Part shown: piece by piece, positions 26,071 to 39,135 of the stretch
Layout: each line of letters starts with the position of its first letter
How positions within the stretch are numbered: position 1 is the first letter of the stretch
NCBI RefSeq assembly: GCF_036321535.1
Contig: NC_087446.1
Coordinates: forward strand, 4,342,001-4,406,000
Source of the DNA: Camelus dromedarius
Lineage: Eukaryota
DNA: 64,000 bases
Direction: 5' to 3'
Position numbers and translations under genes: made by a program
Notes under the pieces: model-generated
What the model saw: only the letters and a program-made list of their open reading frames with translations
The model's database searches: none
Told to the model about the DNA's origin: nothing

Positions 26071-27049
26071 GAGGGCCTGGCACTCAGCCCGGGGGTCAGG
26101 CAGACACCCACGGTTGGCACTGGATCCGCATCTAGGAAGGTCCGGACACTATCAGGAGGGCAATGGGGAGCCTTTGGCGATTTTAGGCAGAAGAATGACA
26201 AGAGCAGACTTGGACTTTTAAAGGTCACCATGGCGGGGGATGGATGAGCCAGGAGAGGCCAGAGCAACGTGTGGCTGAAAGCTCTGGAAAGGGCATCCCC
26301 GGCAGTCATCTGGGCCGCTGGGAGTGTGGCAGTGGCTCACCTGCTGCCCAGCCCACCCCTCCCCGGGAGGCACAGCCCCCACTGGAGCCAGGCAGGAGGA
26401 TGGGGGACGGAGGGTGGGGGAGGGTGCTGCCGCCACTAAGGACCCTGACAATGAGGTGATTATGTCTTGAGCTTTGCTTTAAAAACCTTAATGGATTTTT
26501 TCCACTCCATAAAGCCACCCTGTGGTCTAGGAATGATAATTGAGATCCGGGAACAAGACTAATGCCTCTGAGCCAGCGTCTGCTCCCCTCCCCCAGCCTC
26601 CTGGCTGCACCGCCAGGGACGGCAAGGGAGCGCCCAGCGGTGAGGTCTGAGCTGCCCATCCTGGCCCTCGAGCGTGTGACAGTGACCCTAGCCGGTGTCC
26701 CTGGGCGGCAGGTCTGCCCCGGCTCTGCAACCAGGAGCTCAGGAGGTCCTCTCAGCCGCCCTGCAGGGTGGGGGCTGCCGTCATCATCCCGTTCTCAGGA
26801 GGAGGAACTGAGGTACAGAAGCCTGTGGGCTCATCCTTCGTACCAACCACCTCTCACCTGGGGGAGGCACCCCCTGACCCAGGAGACCCACCCCCACATC
26901 CAGCAACGAGGCTTGCATACCTCTGGGGTATAAGAGGGAGTGAAATGATGGGACTACCTGGCCACTGGACTCCGCTGCTCCAGACCCCTGTCTCCTCTGG
27001 TCCTTGCCCCCTCCTCCCCCTCCCCACCACGGTCCCTGCCAGGAAGACA

Positions 27050-27250
27050 CAATAATAACAACAATCATCATTTACAGGCCCCCGGCCTTGCTTTAAGCAG
27101 TTCACACATATAAACTCCTGGAATCCTTGCGCTACTCTATGCAGAACACACCATATTGATGCCGTTTTACTGCTCAGGACACTGAGACTCAGAGAGGTTG
27201 AGATACTTGCCCAAGGCCACACAGCTCCCTAAGTGGGAGGGCCAGAGGGA
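27050..27250 (-). mobile_element. MIR SINE
   Basis: 'ggacactgagactcagagaggttgagatacttgcccaaggccacacagct'. Confidence 0.75.
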
Positions 27251-28734
27251 GCTGCTGTCACTTACTTGTTACCAGGAAGCCATAGGGCCTTTTGGTCCCT
27301 GAGAGGGGCCTCTGACTGGGGAGCAGTGCCACCTCCCGCGGCACCGGCTCCCACTCCTGGTTCCTGGGATATGCAGATAACTGGCCCTCTTGATGTCAAC
27401 ACCTTTCTCTGCAGAGCCGAATTCCCCTAATCCAGGGCTTGTCACCAGGCCAGATGTTTACTAAAAAGAGCCCAGAGGCTCCACGCAGGGCCTGTGCGGT
27501 GCTGGGACCCCTTTGGTCCCCGAGGACTTACAGAGTTCAGAGGTCCTTTGCTCTGCTCGCCAGAGTCCAGCCCACATGGGTCAGAGGTGACAGGAGGGCT
27601 CGGGGTCCCACGCTTAGCCCTTGACTTGAGCCAGCAGCTCCCGGTGCACAGCCCCCGACAGTCCCTGCGGGCTGAGTCGCTATTTACCGCTCGCCCGCTG
27701 GGTGCAGGCACCAGGAGGGAGCCGTCTTCCACTTCCTTATCAACGGTCCGGGGTGGTGGGTGATATGCCCATTTCACAGAATAGGGAAGTGAGGCCTGCC
27801 TTGCCATGGGACACATTAAGGCAGGACAAGGACGGAGTCGGCCCAGCCCTCCCGCTGCTAACCCCAATTCCCAGTGCTGGCCGGGGTCCTGGAGGTGTCC
27901 CCCCGTCGTTCCCAGATCAACAGCCACTCTTTTATCCCCAGGGCTCTCAGGCCACATTCCTCCCAGGGCCCCGCAAGAGCCTAAGGCACAGAAGGAGAGA
28001 AAACTGTTTGGATCTGACATTTGTTAGTGTTCTTCTGGCATGATTGGAATTGGCTGCATGTGTAACAAATGCACCCAGTTTGCTGAGAGTAATTTTTACT
28101 TTGCATCTTTGAGCACTGGCCAAGTTTCAGCTGGAAGAGTACCTAGTTGATTCACTCACCCGCTCTTAAGGCTGTGGCTTTGCCATGAGCCCCGTGCCCC
28201 CTCCCCTCCCAGGCCACCCCCAGAAACAGCGTTGTTTGTAAGCAGAGAACATCCGGGCTGTGTGGGATCCACCTGTAGGGACTGCAGAAGCCGCAGCCCC
28301 GCCCTGCAGATGCCTTACACGACACACTGGGGGGCCCGGCGTTGCCAGGACACAGAGCCGTCCGTGTGGCCCCCCTGCTCACTCCCCTACTCTCTTCTGT
28401 TAGCGGAAGCACAGTTTACAGAGTTGGATCTATGTTTGAATTCGTGGCTGTGTGTGATTTGGGACAAGAGGTGATTGCATCTCTCTGAGCCTCAGTTTAC
28501 TGGGGATTCAAAGAGAGGGTGGTTGCGAGCTCAGTACGGTGCCCAGCTAACAGCGGGTGCCCTTTTCATCCTACCCTGCTCCTGCCCCCACACCTGCCAC
28601 TTTCTGAGCCCATTTTTTTCAGGGGGTCACGCTGACACCCCCACCTGCAACGAGACAGCTACCTTTCATGCTCTCAACACACATCCACGCCTTTGCTCAA
28701 ATGCATGTCTTGAATCTGGTTCCACGCGTTCCAA

Positions 28735-29730
28735 TCTTGTTCTTCTTTCTTGAGATTGTCTTGAATATTATAGATCCTTTTGGTTTCCATATAAATATTA
28801 GGATCAGTTTATCAATCTGTCCGCCCAACCCCCGCCGCACACACACACAAGTCTGCTGGGATTTGGATTGAGGATGGCATTCTACGTACACATCAGTTTG
28901 CATCGATTTCAAATCCTTGCAACACTGAGTCTTCTCATCCATGAATATGACCTGTCTCTCCACCTTTTTAAAGATCTTATTTGATTTCTCTCAATAATAT
29001 TCTGATTTTCCATGCAGACGACTTTTACTTTTTCTTTCATTAAACTTATCCTTGGGTGCTTTGTGTTTTTGATGTTACTGTAAATGATCTCGTAAAATGT
29101 TTCCTAATTACTAATGAATGCTATGGAGAAAAACAGTTGATTTGGTCATATTGACCTTGTATCCAGAAACCTTGCTAAATGTATGAGTTCTAGTAGCTTG
29201 GCTGTACATTCTTCTGGATTAGCTGTCATAATCAATCGTTTCGTTGATATATGCTAACAGATCCCCCTTCCCAGTCTCTATACTTTTTCTTCTTATTGTG
29301 CTGGCTTAACCATGAACCGATGTAGTGACGGTGGGTACCCCTGACTTGGTTCTGACCTCAAGGGGATGTTTTCAATCTCTCATCACTAAGGATGGTGTTT
29401 GCTGGAAGTTCTATGGATACCTTGTATCTGATTGAAGAAATGCCCTCTATTCCTAGATGGCTAAACACTTTTTTAAGTCATGAATACATGCTGAATTTTA
29501 TCAAATGTTATCTCTACATCTACTGAGATAAACATGTGATTATGTATTACATTTTTCTAATGTGAATTTCACAGACTGACTGTGACGTCAAATCAGCCCT
29601 GCACCCCCCCCCAGTAACCCCGCCCTGAGCATGATGTGCTGTGCTGTGTGTATATGACCGGAGTCTGTCTTGCTGATATATTATTGAAGATATTTGCATC
29701 TTTAATTTTTGACCTTTCATTGTTTTTCTT
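28735..29730 (-). mobile_element. Old L1M LINE, ORF2 remnant
   Basis: minus-strand translation 28697-28963 contains IDKLILIFIWKPKGSIIFKTISRKKNKIG, matching the L1 ORF2 motif (IDKLILKFIWK.KGPRIAK.ILKKKNK.G); abrupt AT-rich composition. Confidence 0.85.
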
Positions 29731-30252
29731 GTGTGTTAGTTATGTATTGCTGCATAAACACTTGAAACAAAATATGCTGGCTTAAAACATTAATCTTATC
29801 TCTGATGGGTTCTGTGAGCCAGGAGTTCAGATGGGGCATGGCAGGGGGCTTGCCTCTGCTCCACAGTGTCTGGGGCCTCAGCCGGAAGACTTGAAGGCTG
29901 GGGGCAGGAAGGATTCCCATGAAGTCTTAGGCACTTTCATGCCGACTGTTGACTGGGGCCCTGCCTTGGGCTTCCTCACAACATGGCGGCTGGAGTCCAA
30001 AAGCAAATGTCCCAAGAGGGAGAGAAGGAGCTAGAAAGAGAGCAAGAGAGGCAGTGAGGCGTGTGCGGCATTCTTTTATGCTTTGCAGACCTAGCCTGAG
30101 ACATCGCGCAACGTCACTTCTGCAGCTCTCCTCTGGTCCAGGAAGCAACCAGACTCCTCCCAGACTCAAGAGGATGTGAGAAGAGGGTCAACCCCATTGT
30201 AAAGGTGGGGCAAACATATTGGTGTGTCTGCCTTTAGAAAATACATCCTGCC
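29731..30252 (-). mobile_element. MaLR (MLT1H/G-like) solo LTR nested in L1M
   Basis: 'tgtgtgttagttatgtattgctgcataa...tggcttaaaaca...tgggttctgtgagccaggagttcag...cttcctcacaacatggcggctgg'; interrupts collinear L1 sequence. Confidence 0.8.
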
Positions 30253-30628
30253 CCCTTTCTTGTGAAGTTCTTATTCCTAAGCACAAAGGGTCTGCTTTGC
30301 CTCTAAAGCAGGTAGGAAGATATCCCCCTTTTTAAATTCTGTGAATAATTTGCATGTGATTGATGTTATTTCTTTCTTAAATGTTTGGACGCATTCATCC
30401 CCGAAGCCACGTGGGCCTGGAGAGTTCCTTGTGAGAAGGTTTTAAATTACAGATAAAATTCTTTCGTCAATATAGGACTATTCAAACTTTTTATTTCTTT
30501 TTGGTTGGTTTTGTTTTTCTAGGAGTTTGTCCATCTCAACTGAAATTTTACATTTACTGCCCAAAGAGGTGCTCATAATACCCTTTTTTAATGTTGGTAA
30601 GGTCTGTAGTGATGTCAGCTTTTTATTC

Positions 30629-30713
30629 CTTTTTTTTAAATTGAAGTGCAGTTACAATGTGTCGGTTTCTGGCGTGTGGCACGATGTCCCAGTCACACGC
30701 ACACACACACATG
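30629..30713 (-). mobile_element. Young, extremely 5'-truncated L1 3' end (85 bp) nested in L1M
   Basis: poly-T then 'aaattgaagtgcagttacaatgtgtcggtttctggcgtg...atgtcccagtca'; perfect 15-bp TSD gtcagctttttattc at 30614-30628 and 30714-30728. Confidence 0.9.
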
Positions 30714-33039
30714 GTCAGCTTTTTATTCTTGATACTGTTTTCTCTTTTCCTGAGCAGTCATGCTGGGATTTATCAGTTTTATTGTGCATTTGAAAGACAA
30801 ACTTAATATTCCGTGGATCTTCACTCTTAACCTGTTTATGTTCCATTTTATTATTTAAGATCTTTCCCTCTCTTATTTCTTTCTTCTTAGTCTTTGAGTT
30901 TACTTTGTTTTGTTGGAACTTTTTTTCCTGCCTCTTGAAATAATTTCTTTTCAGCTTTCTTTCTCTTAAATTTAAGTTTTGAGACTGTCAGTTTCCCTCT
31001 AAGCACTGCCGTAGGTTCATCCTTTACTTTGACGCTTCGTTATTTTATTGTCCATTGCAAAATATTTTCTCATTTTCATCGTGATTTTTTGTCTGACTCA
31101 TTGACTTTAGAAGTGCGTTTACTGATTTACAGATGGTGGCGATACTCTAGTTGCCTTTTTGCTTTTGATTTCACTAAAATCTCCCTGTAGTCAAAGAACA
31201 TATGATCCTAATTAACTGAAATTTGTTGAGACGTGCTTTATGGCCTGGCACGCAATCTATTATGGTAAACGTTCCAGATGCACTTGATAAGAATATGAAT
31301 TCTGCTGCTTATATTTTATAATGTTCTCTGTGTGTGAGTAGATCAGGTTTATTCACCAGATTGTCTAAATTTTCTGCACCCTAAGGTTTTGCCTCCTCAT
31401 TCTGTCTGTTGCCAAGAGAAATGCATTGTTGCCCCACATGATCGCTGCTGTGTCCCCCTCCTCTTTTACTTCTGTCCATTTTTTGTTTTATTTATTCTGA
31501 GACTAAGTTACGAAGTCCATACAAATTTAGAATGGTTTCTCTTCTTGGTTAATTGCCCCTCTCCACCTCTGTTCATGATTTTTTGCCTTGCAGTCTACTT
31601 TGCTTGATGTTCTTTCAACTAAGCCCACTCGCTTCTGGTTAGAGTTTGCTCGATCTTTTTCTGTCCCTTAACTTTCAGCCCATCATATAAGTCCTTTTAT
31701 TTAAGATGTCTCTTCTGAGCAGCATATGGTTGTGTTAAAATTAAACCAATTTAAGTGAGATGATCTATGTCTTTTAAGGAAAGTATTTATTTTTTGTTTA
31801 TCCCACCTGTTTTCTAGTCCTTCACTCACTGTCTCTATTTTTAAAAAATCAAAATTTTTTTATTATTCGGTTTCCCCCTTTCCCGGAGCTTGCTGGTTAT
31901 ACATTCTTTAATTACTCTTTCAATGGTTACTCTAGAGGGAACACCCTGCGTCTTTGATGTGTTACGGTGTAATTCAAGTGACTATTTTTACCACTTCTGA
32001 GAAAATGCAAAAAATGAAGGGCTTCAAAGCATTTTAACTTTATTTACCCTTTCTGTGTATTTTCCTCATTTTCCCGCTGCTCTGCGCAGGCACGCATTTA
32101 CCCCTTCTTCAGCTCTTCCTTCCTGCCTGTATTGCAGCATTTCTGCCTGAAGTCAGGTTTCTTCTGCCTGCGGTGCTTCTTTCATAGTATTTCTTTTCTA
32201 GAAAAATCTACTGGGAGTAAATTCTCTGAGTCGTGTTTTTACAAAAAGATCTTTATTTCATGTTTATTTTTGAACGGTATTTTCATAAGGTCTGTAATTC
32301 TTAGCTGGCATTTATTTTTCTTTCAGCACTTTAATGGAAGATGCTGTTCCACTGCCTCCTGCACTGCATCATTTTGGCTGAGGGGTCACCTGCCGGTCTT
32401 AATGTTGTTCCGTTGAAAGTCACGTGTCTTCTCTGTGGATGCTTGTAAGCCTTTCTCCTTGTCTTTGGTTTTCAGAAGTTTTTCAACAATGTGTTAGGGG
32501 CAATTAGGGGACTCATTAAGCTTCTCGAATCTTGGTTTGAGGTCGTTCATCAAATTTGGAAAATTCTTGGAAATTATCTTGTCAAGTGTTGTTTCTGCCT
32601 AATTCACTTCCTCTTCCCCCTCCTGAGATTCCAGTTACACGTATGTCAGATCTTTGAAGCGACTCTCATGTCTTTTATCATCTCTTCTGTGTTGTTCCTT
32701 CTTTCATCCCTCTGCACTGCACTATGGACTTTCCTCACTCATTTTCCAGGGAACCAATTCTCTTTTCCACCTAGTCCACTTTGCTCTCAACCCCGTCGGT
32801 CGAGTTTTTGTTTTCAGTTATTATGCTTTTCAGATCTAGAGTTTCTATTTGCTTCTTTTTCTATGTATTCTGGCTTTTGGCTGAAATTCTCTATCTTGTC
32901 ACAATTTTCTTGAAAGTACTAATCACAATAATGTTCGTATCTGTGTCTGGTAACTCCAGGATTTGGATCACCATTGGGTCATTATTTTGTCTGTTTTTTT
33001 CCTCTCTTTTTCCTGTTACTGGTATGCCTGGGAATTTTT

Positions 33040-33239
33040 TAAAAATTGAAGTGTAGTCAGTTACAACGTGTCAATTTCTGGTGTGCAGCACAATGTCCCA
33101 GTCATGCATATGTATACATATGTTCATTTTCATATTCTTTTTCATTAAAGGTTATTACAAGATATTGAATATAGTTCCCTGTGCTGTACAGAAGAAGTTT
33201 GTTTTTTTCATCTATTTTTATATATAGTGGCTAGCATTT
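33040..33239 (-). mobile_element. Young 5'-truncated L1 3' end (~200 bp) nested in L1M
   Basis: 'aattgaagtgtagtcagttacaacgtgtcaatttctggtgtgcagcacaatgtcccagtcatgcat...ttattacaagatattgaatatagttccctgtgct'; perfect 15-bp TSD tgcctgggaattttt at 33025-33039 and 33240-33254. Confidence 0.9.
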
Positions 33240-35299
33240 TGCCTGGGAATTTTTAAATGAACATTGAACATCATGTACAAACTTGTAGAGTCTCTGTATA
33301 ACATTATAATCCTCTTGAGAGAGTTTACTTGAGCTTCTGGATTTAGGTTATGGAGAGAGAACATTAATCCAATCAGGACCTGAGCTGATTCTCTGCTGGG
33401 TCTCAGTCTTTCTCAGGCCGTCTTTAACACTGACTTACCCTTATTCCTAGGACACGGCCACCTTCAGAGGTCCAGCTGTGTGAACACTCCTCTATGGTCC
33501 TTGAACTCAAATATTTGTTTTCTTATGATCATAAATCTGCTGAAAGTTCTGCTTAGATTCTCAGTCTCTTAGCAGCCACTCTCTGCTAGGTTCATTCTGC
33601 TCAGGAATTGGCAAGTTTCTCAAAGGGGAGACAGAGACGTGGGCTCACAGCTCGGGGCTTCTCCTCTCCTAGAATTTAGATCCTCAAGCCCCGGATGCAC
33701 TGACAGCCCTCAACTCCAAGTTCTGCCTTCCCAGCCCCATGAGGTTTCTAAAAGCTCTGATCAGCTGCCACTTTCTGCGTTTTGTTTTTCTCTTGGCTCT
33801 TCAGCCCCTTAGAACAGCTGCCTACAAATTGGCAGATGTCTCTGGGGAAAATCAGGGTAGACCATCCGTTTTGCCTTCATGAGTTTCCCTTCTCTGTGGG
33901 ATTTGGCCCCTTCAGTCCTGGCTGCCTCTGTAGCTCTCTCATGCCTTTAAACAGATGTTCCTTACATTTTATCTCACTTATCGCTTTGCTAGGAGATCAG
34001 GAAGGACAGTAGGCAAAAGGCAATGCTGACCTCAGCTCAGCTGGTGGCAGGAGAGGTGGCAGAAGATGGATTGAGAGGGATGCGGTCATGGTGATTTATT
34101 AGGGCAGGGAGGGGGAGTGCATAATGAATGCAGATTATTTGTCCCTTGGAGATGCTGGGCACACACTCATCAACACCAGACTCCTGCAGGCTCCCCTCTG
34201 GACGCCCAGACCGTCTTCATGTGCATCCCCCATGATAGCCCTGACCACCCTGTGTGCATCATGTCTTTGTCCCCATCCCCCACCAGTGGGGAGCTCTGTG
34301 TTCCCGGCATTACCCGGTACTGAGATGCTCACAGGTCACTAAGGAAATAAATTAATTAAAGAAATGTGAATTTGTCTAACAATGACCGTGGTGAGACCAG
34401 TATCTCCTGGGTCCAAAGGCACCTGGGACCAACCACTCCGTTCCAGCGGGCCTTGTGGTGTGGTAAGGCTGTGTTTTCGCAGGAGGTGCTCCCCAGGTCC
34501 CAGGCCATCTGTTCCCCCCAGCAGCTGGCATGCCTGGACCCCGCTCTAACTGGGTCACCATGCAGGTCCCAAGGGTATTCCCAAGGCAATCTCCCAGGCT
34601 CCTGGCTGTGCCCACCCACTCCCCGCCAGGCCACATTCTCAACATCCCCACTGCTTTCTCAGACCCAAGGGGGGCTGTGCCAGAGGCAGGATTCTCCCTG
34701 GTGATGGGAAGGTCGGGGTGGGGAACTATGGGGGAGGTGTTTGCAGCTCCTGGAGAAAGAGAAGAGATAAACACCACCTCTGGTTAGGACCTGGCCCTCC
34801 CTTGGTGCAGGATTTAGATCAACAACAAAGCGTACCCCCCCAACCCTCCCCCTCCCCCTCCCCTTGCCAGCCCCTCCCGGCCACCCCCTCCTCCTCTCTC
34901 CAGATCGCTTAGAGCCCAGCAAATGCCACACCCCTCTGACCACCCAGGCTTCCTCTGCAGTGGAGCTAAGGTCCCCACAGGGCAGGGGCTGCAGGACAGA
35001 GGGAGCTCGAGTGAGAGCTGGCTGCAAAGAGTGGGTTCACCATCCTGTTCCTCCGACTAGCCCTGCACCCACCACATAATGGGTGCTCCATGAATGTTTG
35101 TTGAATGACTATGTGAAGGTTCCCTGGCCCTGGCAGGCTCAGATCTGGGCTCCAGCCTGCCCCATCACTTATTTTTTATGTGACCTCAGACAAGTCCCTT
35201 TTTTTGAGCCTCAGTTCCTCCTACTGCAGGATGGGCTTATCCGTCCTGGCCTGTCTGCCTTGCTAAGAGGACAGTGTGGGGCTCACAGTCATCTTGTTC

Positions 35300-35800
35300 T
35301 ACTTACCCACTCGCCCAGTAACTACAGAGCACATACAATGTGCCCGCACTCTTCTAGGCACTGGGGACATGGCAGTGGGACAAAAGGGATACAATTCTCT
35401 GTCCTGCAGTTAGCATCCGGGGGGAGGGGGCTGGCAATAAAGAACCAAACAACAGGTGACAGTAAGTGCCGTGAGAGGGAATAACCACAAAGCGGGCAGG
35501 GCTGCAGAGTGAGCTGGGAGGCCTCTCAGGAGGCTGCCACATGGGTGCACACCTGCAGGAGGCGCTCTTCTCGGCTGCTGATGTGCCTGGGTACATAGCT
35601 GCCTTTGGAAAGAAGAGCTAAAAGTTGACCGTGGGTCATCCAGGCAGAGGGAACAATGAGGGCGGAGGCCGGCTGCCAAGTCCAGTGGGGGCAGCAGACT
35701 GTGGGAGGCAGTGCTGGCTGAGCCAGGAAGGGGCCCGAATGGGTGCTGGCCGCTGCCCCTGCCGGAAGTGAGCAGCTGAACTTTGCCCAAGCAGATCTGT
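35300..35800 (-). mobile_element. L2 LINE fragment
   Basis: 'gagcacatacaatgtgcccgcactcttctaggcactggggacatggcagtgggacaaa...ccaggcagagggaaca'. Confidence 0.6.
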
Positions 35801-37729
35801 CCAGTGCCGCCCGAGGAGGACTTCCATCTCAGGGGCCCCGGCCTCCCAAAGCCCTTCTGGGGAGGAGGAAGGAGATTTGTCCCAACCCCAGCATTCCCTG
35901 TGCCCCAGTGCACGCGGACACACACACACACCCCTTCCAGACGCCTCTCCACCTAGCACACTCCACCCAGACAGATGGAGAAGCTCCCCAGCCACTGCCT
36001 GGGCCTCCAGGTCCCACCAAGGCACTGAGGAATTAATCAGGTTGGAAGCAGCGGCTAAATGTCCCCATGGGCTGAAAGAACCCAGGCCAGTTGCCCAGAC
36101 CACCCCCACTCCCCACCCCGGGCAGGCGCCGGCCCTGAGGGCTGAGCCGCTCCCACACTGCGCCGCTCCTGGGAGGCACCCCGGTTGGCACCCAATGATC
36201 TCCGTCCATCAGCCCAAGGAACAATTGAAGGTCGGGTTTTTATTGACAACTACCCTGCCCCAGAGGTGCTCCGGCTTTCCTGCCCCGGATGCCGATCATT
36301 CCCGGGGGCAGGGGTGGGGCATATGGGAAGGGAGCCCTGGGGGCTGGCTGTGGACCAGGGGTCCAGCGGAGCCAGGGATGACTCTCCACTGGTGCAGGGA
36401 GGGGAGTGGCAGTGGTTCTGGTATGTGTGACACTGGGAAGGCTCATTTGGTATGCAGTCCGAGGTGCTGGCTTTGTTGAAGTCCCAGCCCTGAAATGTAC
36501 CAGCTAGCCTTCCCAAATCTCGGTTTTCTCATCTATAAAAAGGGCTCCCCCTCCACCACCACCACCTCAGGCTCCCTTGTCAGTGTGCTCCCCCATCTCC
36601 GCATTTACCACCGGGCCTGGAGACCACTGCTCCCATGCAAGATCTCGAAGGCAGACATGGCCTCCTGGACAGGGCGCGGGGCGCAGTGAGGCTTCAAAAA
36701 TATCAGCTGAATGAGTGCGTTGTGAGGGGCCAGCGCTCCATGAAGTGGAGACCCGGCCCATCCTGCGCCAGGGAGCCATGACCCTGGGGGGACAGCGGGC
36801 AGCGGCTGCATCTCTGGGGATTGGTTCCCTGGTGGGAAGCCCCCTCCCTACCTCTCCTGCGGCTTCGGGAGGCTTCATGTGTCCCTGTTCCCCATGCCAG
36901 AGGCCAAGGGGCCTGACCTAGTTCCTCCTTCCTCAGACCAGGCCAGTCCCCCCGCAGGAGGTGGGATGTGGTGGCCCCACCCCTGCGATCATGAACAGGG
37001 GCCGGACATGGGGAGCACATGATTGACAGGCAGCATCGAGGGCAGGCCTGAGGCAGGTCACCTCCTCCTCTGGGCCTCATTCTCCTCATCTGTGAAATGG
37101 AGCAGTGAGTCAGGGTCATGTGACTAAGGATGCCTCCAGGTCAGGAGCTCCAGGAACCCTCACACACCCTGTCCCTCCTGCGATGCACGGTGGCTCTATC
37201 CATGGGCCAGCCCAGAGCAGGTGTTGGGTGGGAGCGCTGACTCACAGCACGTCAGCCAGGGAGTCCAGTGGGATTCCAGAACACCCTGGAAGGATGCTGG
37301 GTGATGTCCAGGCGGCGCCGCCAACCTGCTCCGCAGGGAACCCTCGTTACTGCTGGGCTGCATCCTGAGCCAGCGGGCTGGCCCTTCCCCTTCCAGAGGG
37401 CTGGAGCTGTCCTGGACAGAGGGACTTCATGTCCTGGGTGTGGGCCTGCGCCTGCTCCTCAGAGCCCTTGGGCTCACAGACTGGAGGCTCCCTAAGATGG
37501 CTGCGCTGGCCAAGGAGGGACAGGAGGGCCAGGGAGACCTGCCACACCTGGAGGCTCTCAGACCTACAGGTCATTTGTCAGCCATTCACAGGACACCCAC
37601 GCTGAGCCAGGCTCCAGGTGGAGTCTGCCTCACTCAACATGTGTACTGAAGGCAGGGCTGCCCAGTGGTCAGTCAGGCCACCATGGGGGCCCAAAGTGCC
37701 ATGGGTGGATCCTTGTGTCCCCACCTCCA

Positions 37730-37810
37730 GGCATTTACCTTGGGCAAGTCACTGAACCTCCCTGGACCTCGATCTCTTTATCTGTGAAATGGGTCTGATC
37801 ATAGCATTTG
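37730..37810 (+). mobile_element. MIR SINE core
   Basis: 'ccttgggcaagtcactgaacctc...tttatctgtgaaatggg'. Confidence 0.7.
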
Positions 37811-38800
37811 CCGCAGATATTAGGCAGGGAGGTGGGAGGGTGGGAGGTGGATGGCAGAGCTGGGTTGGTATACGACCCAAGATGTCAGGGTTCGCAGTCA
37901 CAGTCACCTGCTGTATGGAACCCGTGCTGGGTGCTGGGAGGGAAAGAGACAGAGGGGCAGTGTCTGCCTTCTGGACACCAGGCCGTCAACCAGCAGGTGC
38001 CCACAGGAGGGGCACGGACCAGGCCTCGGTGATCAGACAATGAGACTTTGGCTTTCTTCTCTTGTTCATGGAACAGCAAAGGAGCATTGAAGGGGCGTGA
38101 GGGAGAAGGCGTCCTCTCCATCAGGGGCGCCCTCAGGGTGCGTCCCTCTCCAGCCACTGTCTTGGGCTCACTTCTGTTCCCTTTTAAAACTTGCTTTCCA
38201 TTCTCAGTGGCTTAACCCCGGCTCTCCTACAAACTGGCCATGTGGTCGTGGGCAGGCTTTTTAGCCTCATAAAACAGGGATAAAAATATCTATCTTATTT
38301 AGGATGATCTGCAAAATAAACAAGATAATCTATAAAAAGTGTTTCTCAGAGCCAGGCCTTATACAGCCATCCCAGAAGCTCATCCCACTTCCCCTCAGTC
38401 ATTCTCAGACAGACTGAGTTGAAGTGACTTTAGACACTATTGAACCGACCCGCACAGCTGACTTAACTGTCTCGCTGAATGATTTGCTACCGTCATGACC
38501 ATGGCAAACATCTCTGGGCCCAGAGCCTCCCCACCAACGGTCCCCGGAGATGGAGGCCGGGACCTGGTTGTCACAATCTCCGGCTTCGCCCCTGTCGGCA
38601 GTGGAAGTCTCTCAAAGATTTCCTTTGAGCAAAGCATTCAGGACCCTCTGAGTGAGAACTGTTTTGGCCCAGCTCAGGCCGGCCCTAAGGGGCTGGGGGC
38701 GCCACCAGTGCTAGTGAGGGTCCCACAGTGGGTACCGGTGGTAGATGGATTCAAGACCGAGAGGCTCTGACCTTCATTTCATTCCACTCTTGTAACATCG

Positions 38801-39135
38801 GTGTGGTCGGGCCCATCGGCTGGGGCTGGTGCAGACGGAGCGGCCTCGACAGCACATGTGTACTTGCCCGTCGTCCCGGCAGCTTGAAATTCAAGATCAA
38901 GGTATCGGCGAGGTTGGTTTCTTCCAAGCATCTCTCTCCGTGTCTTCACGCGGTCGTCCTGGTCTCCTCGTCTTATAAGGACACTTGTCCTATTGGATTG
39001 GGGCCCCCTAATGACCTCATGTTAACTTAGTCACCTCTGCAAAGGCCCCCTCTCCAAACACAGCCACCCGCTGCAGCCTGGGGGTTAGGACTCCCGCATA
39101 CGGATTTGGGAGACGACACAGTTCAGCCCGGACGC
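38801..39135 (-). mobile_element. MaLR (MLT1A/B-like) solo LTR
   Basis: 'ttcaagatcaaggtatcggcgaggttggtttcttc...tcttataaggacac...attggattggggccc...atgacctcatgttaac...ggggttaggact...acacagttcagccc'. Confidence 0.8.

Larger units (their letters stand above)
30253..33990 (-). mobile_element. Old L1M LINE continuation (ORF2 5' part, ORF1, 5' region), degenerate
   Basis: T-rich antisense L1 motifs ('gaagccacgtgggcctggag', 'tttccctctaagcactgc', 'tttgttgagacgtgctttatggcct', 'aatttggaaaattcttgg'); no intact ORF. Confidence 0.75.

Noticed and set aside
28697..28963. Functional L1 ORF2
   Set aside because: Short frameshifted remnant of a decayed element.
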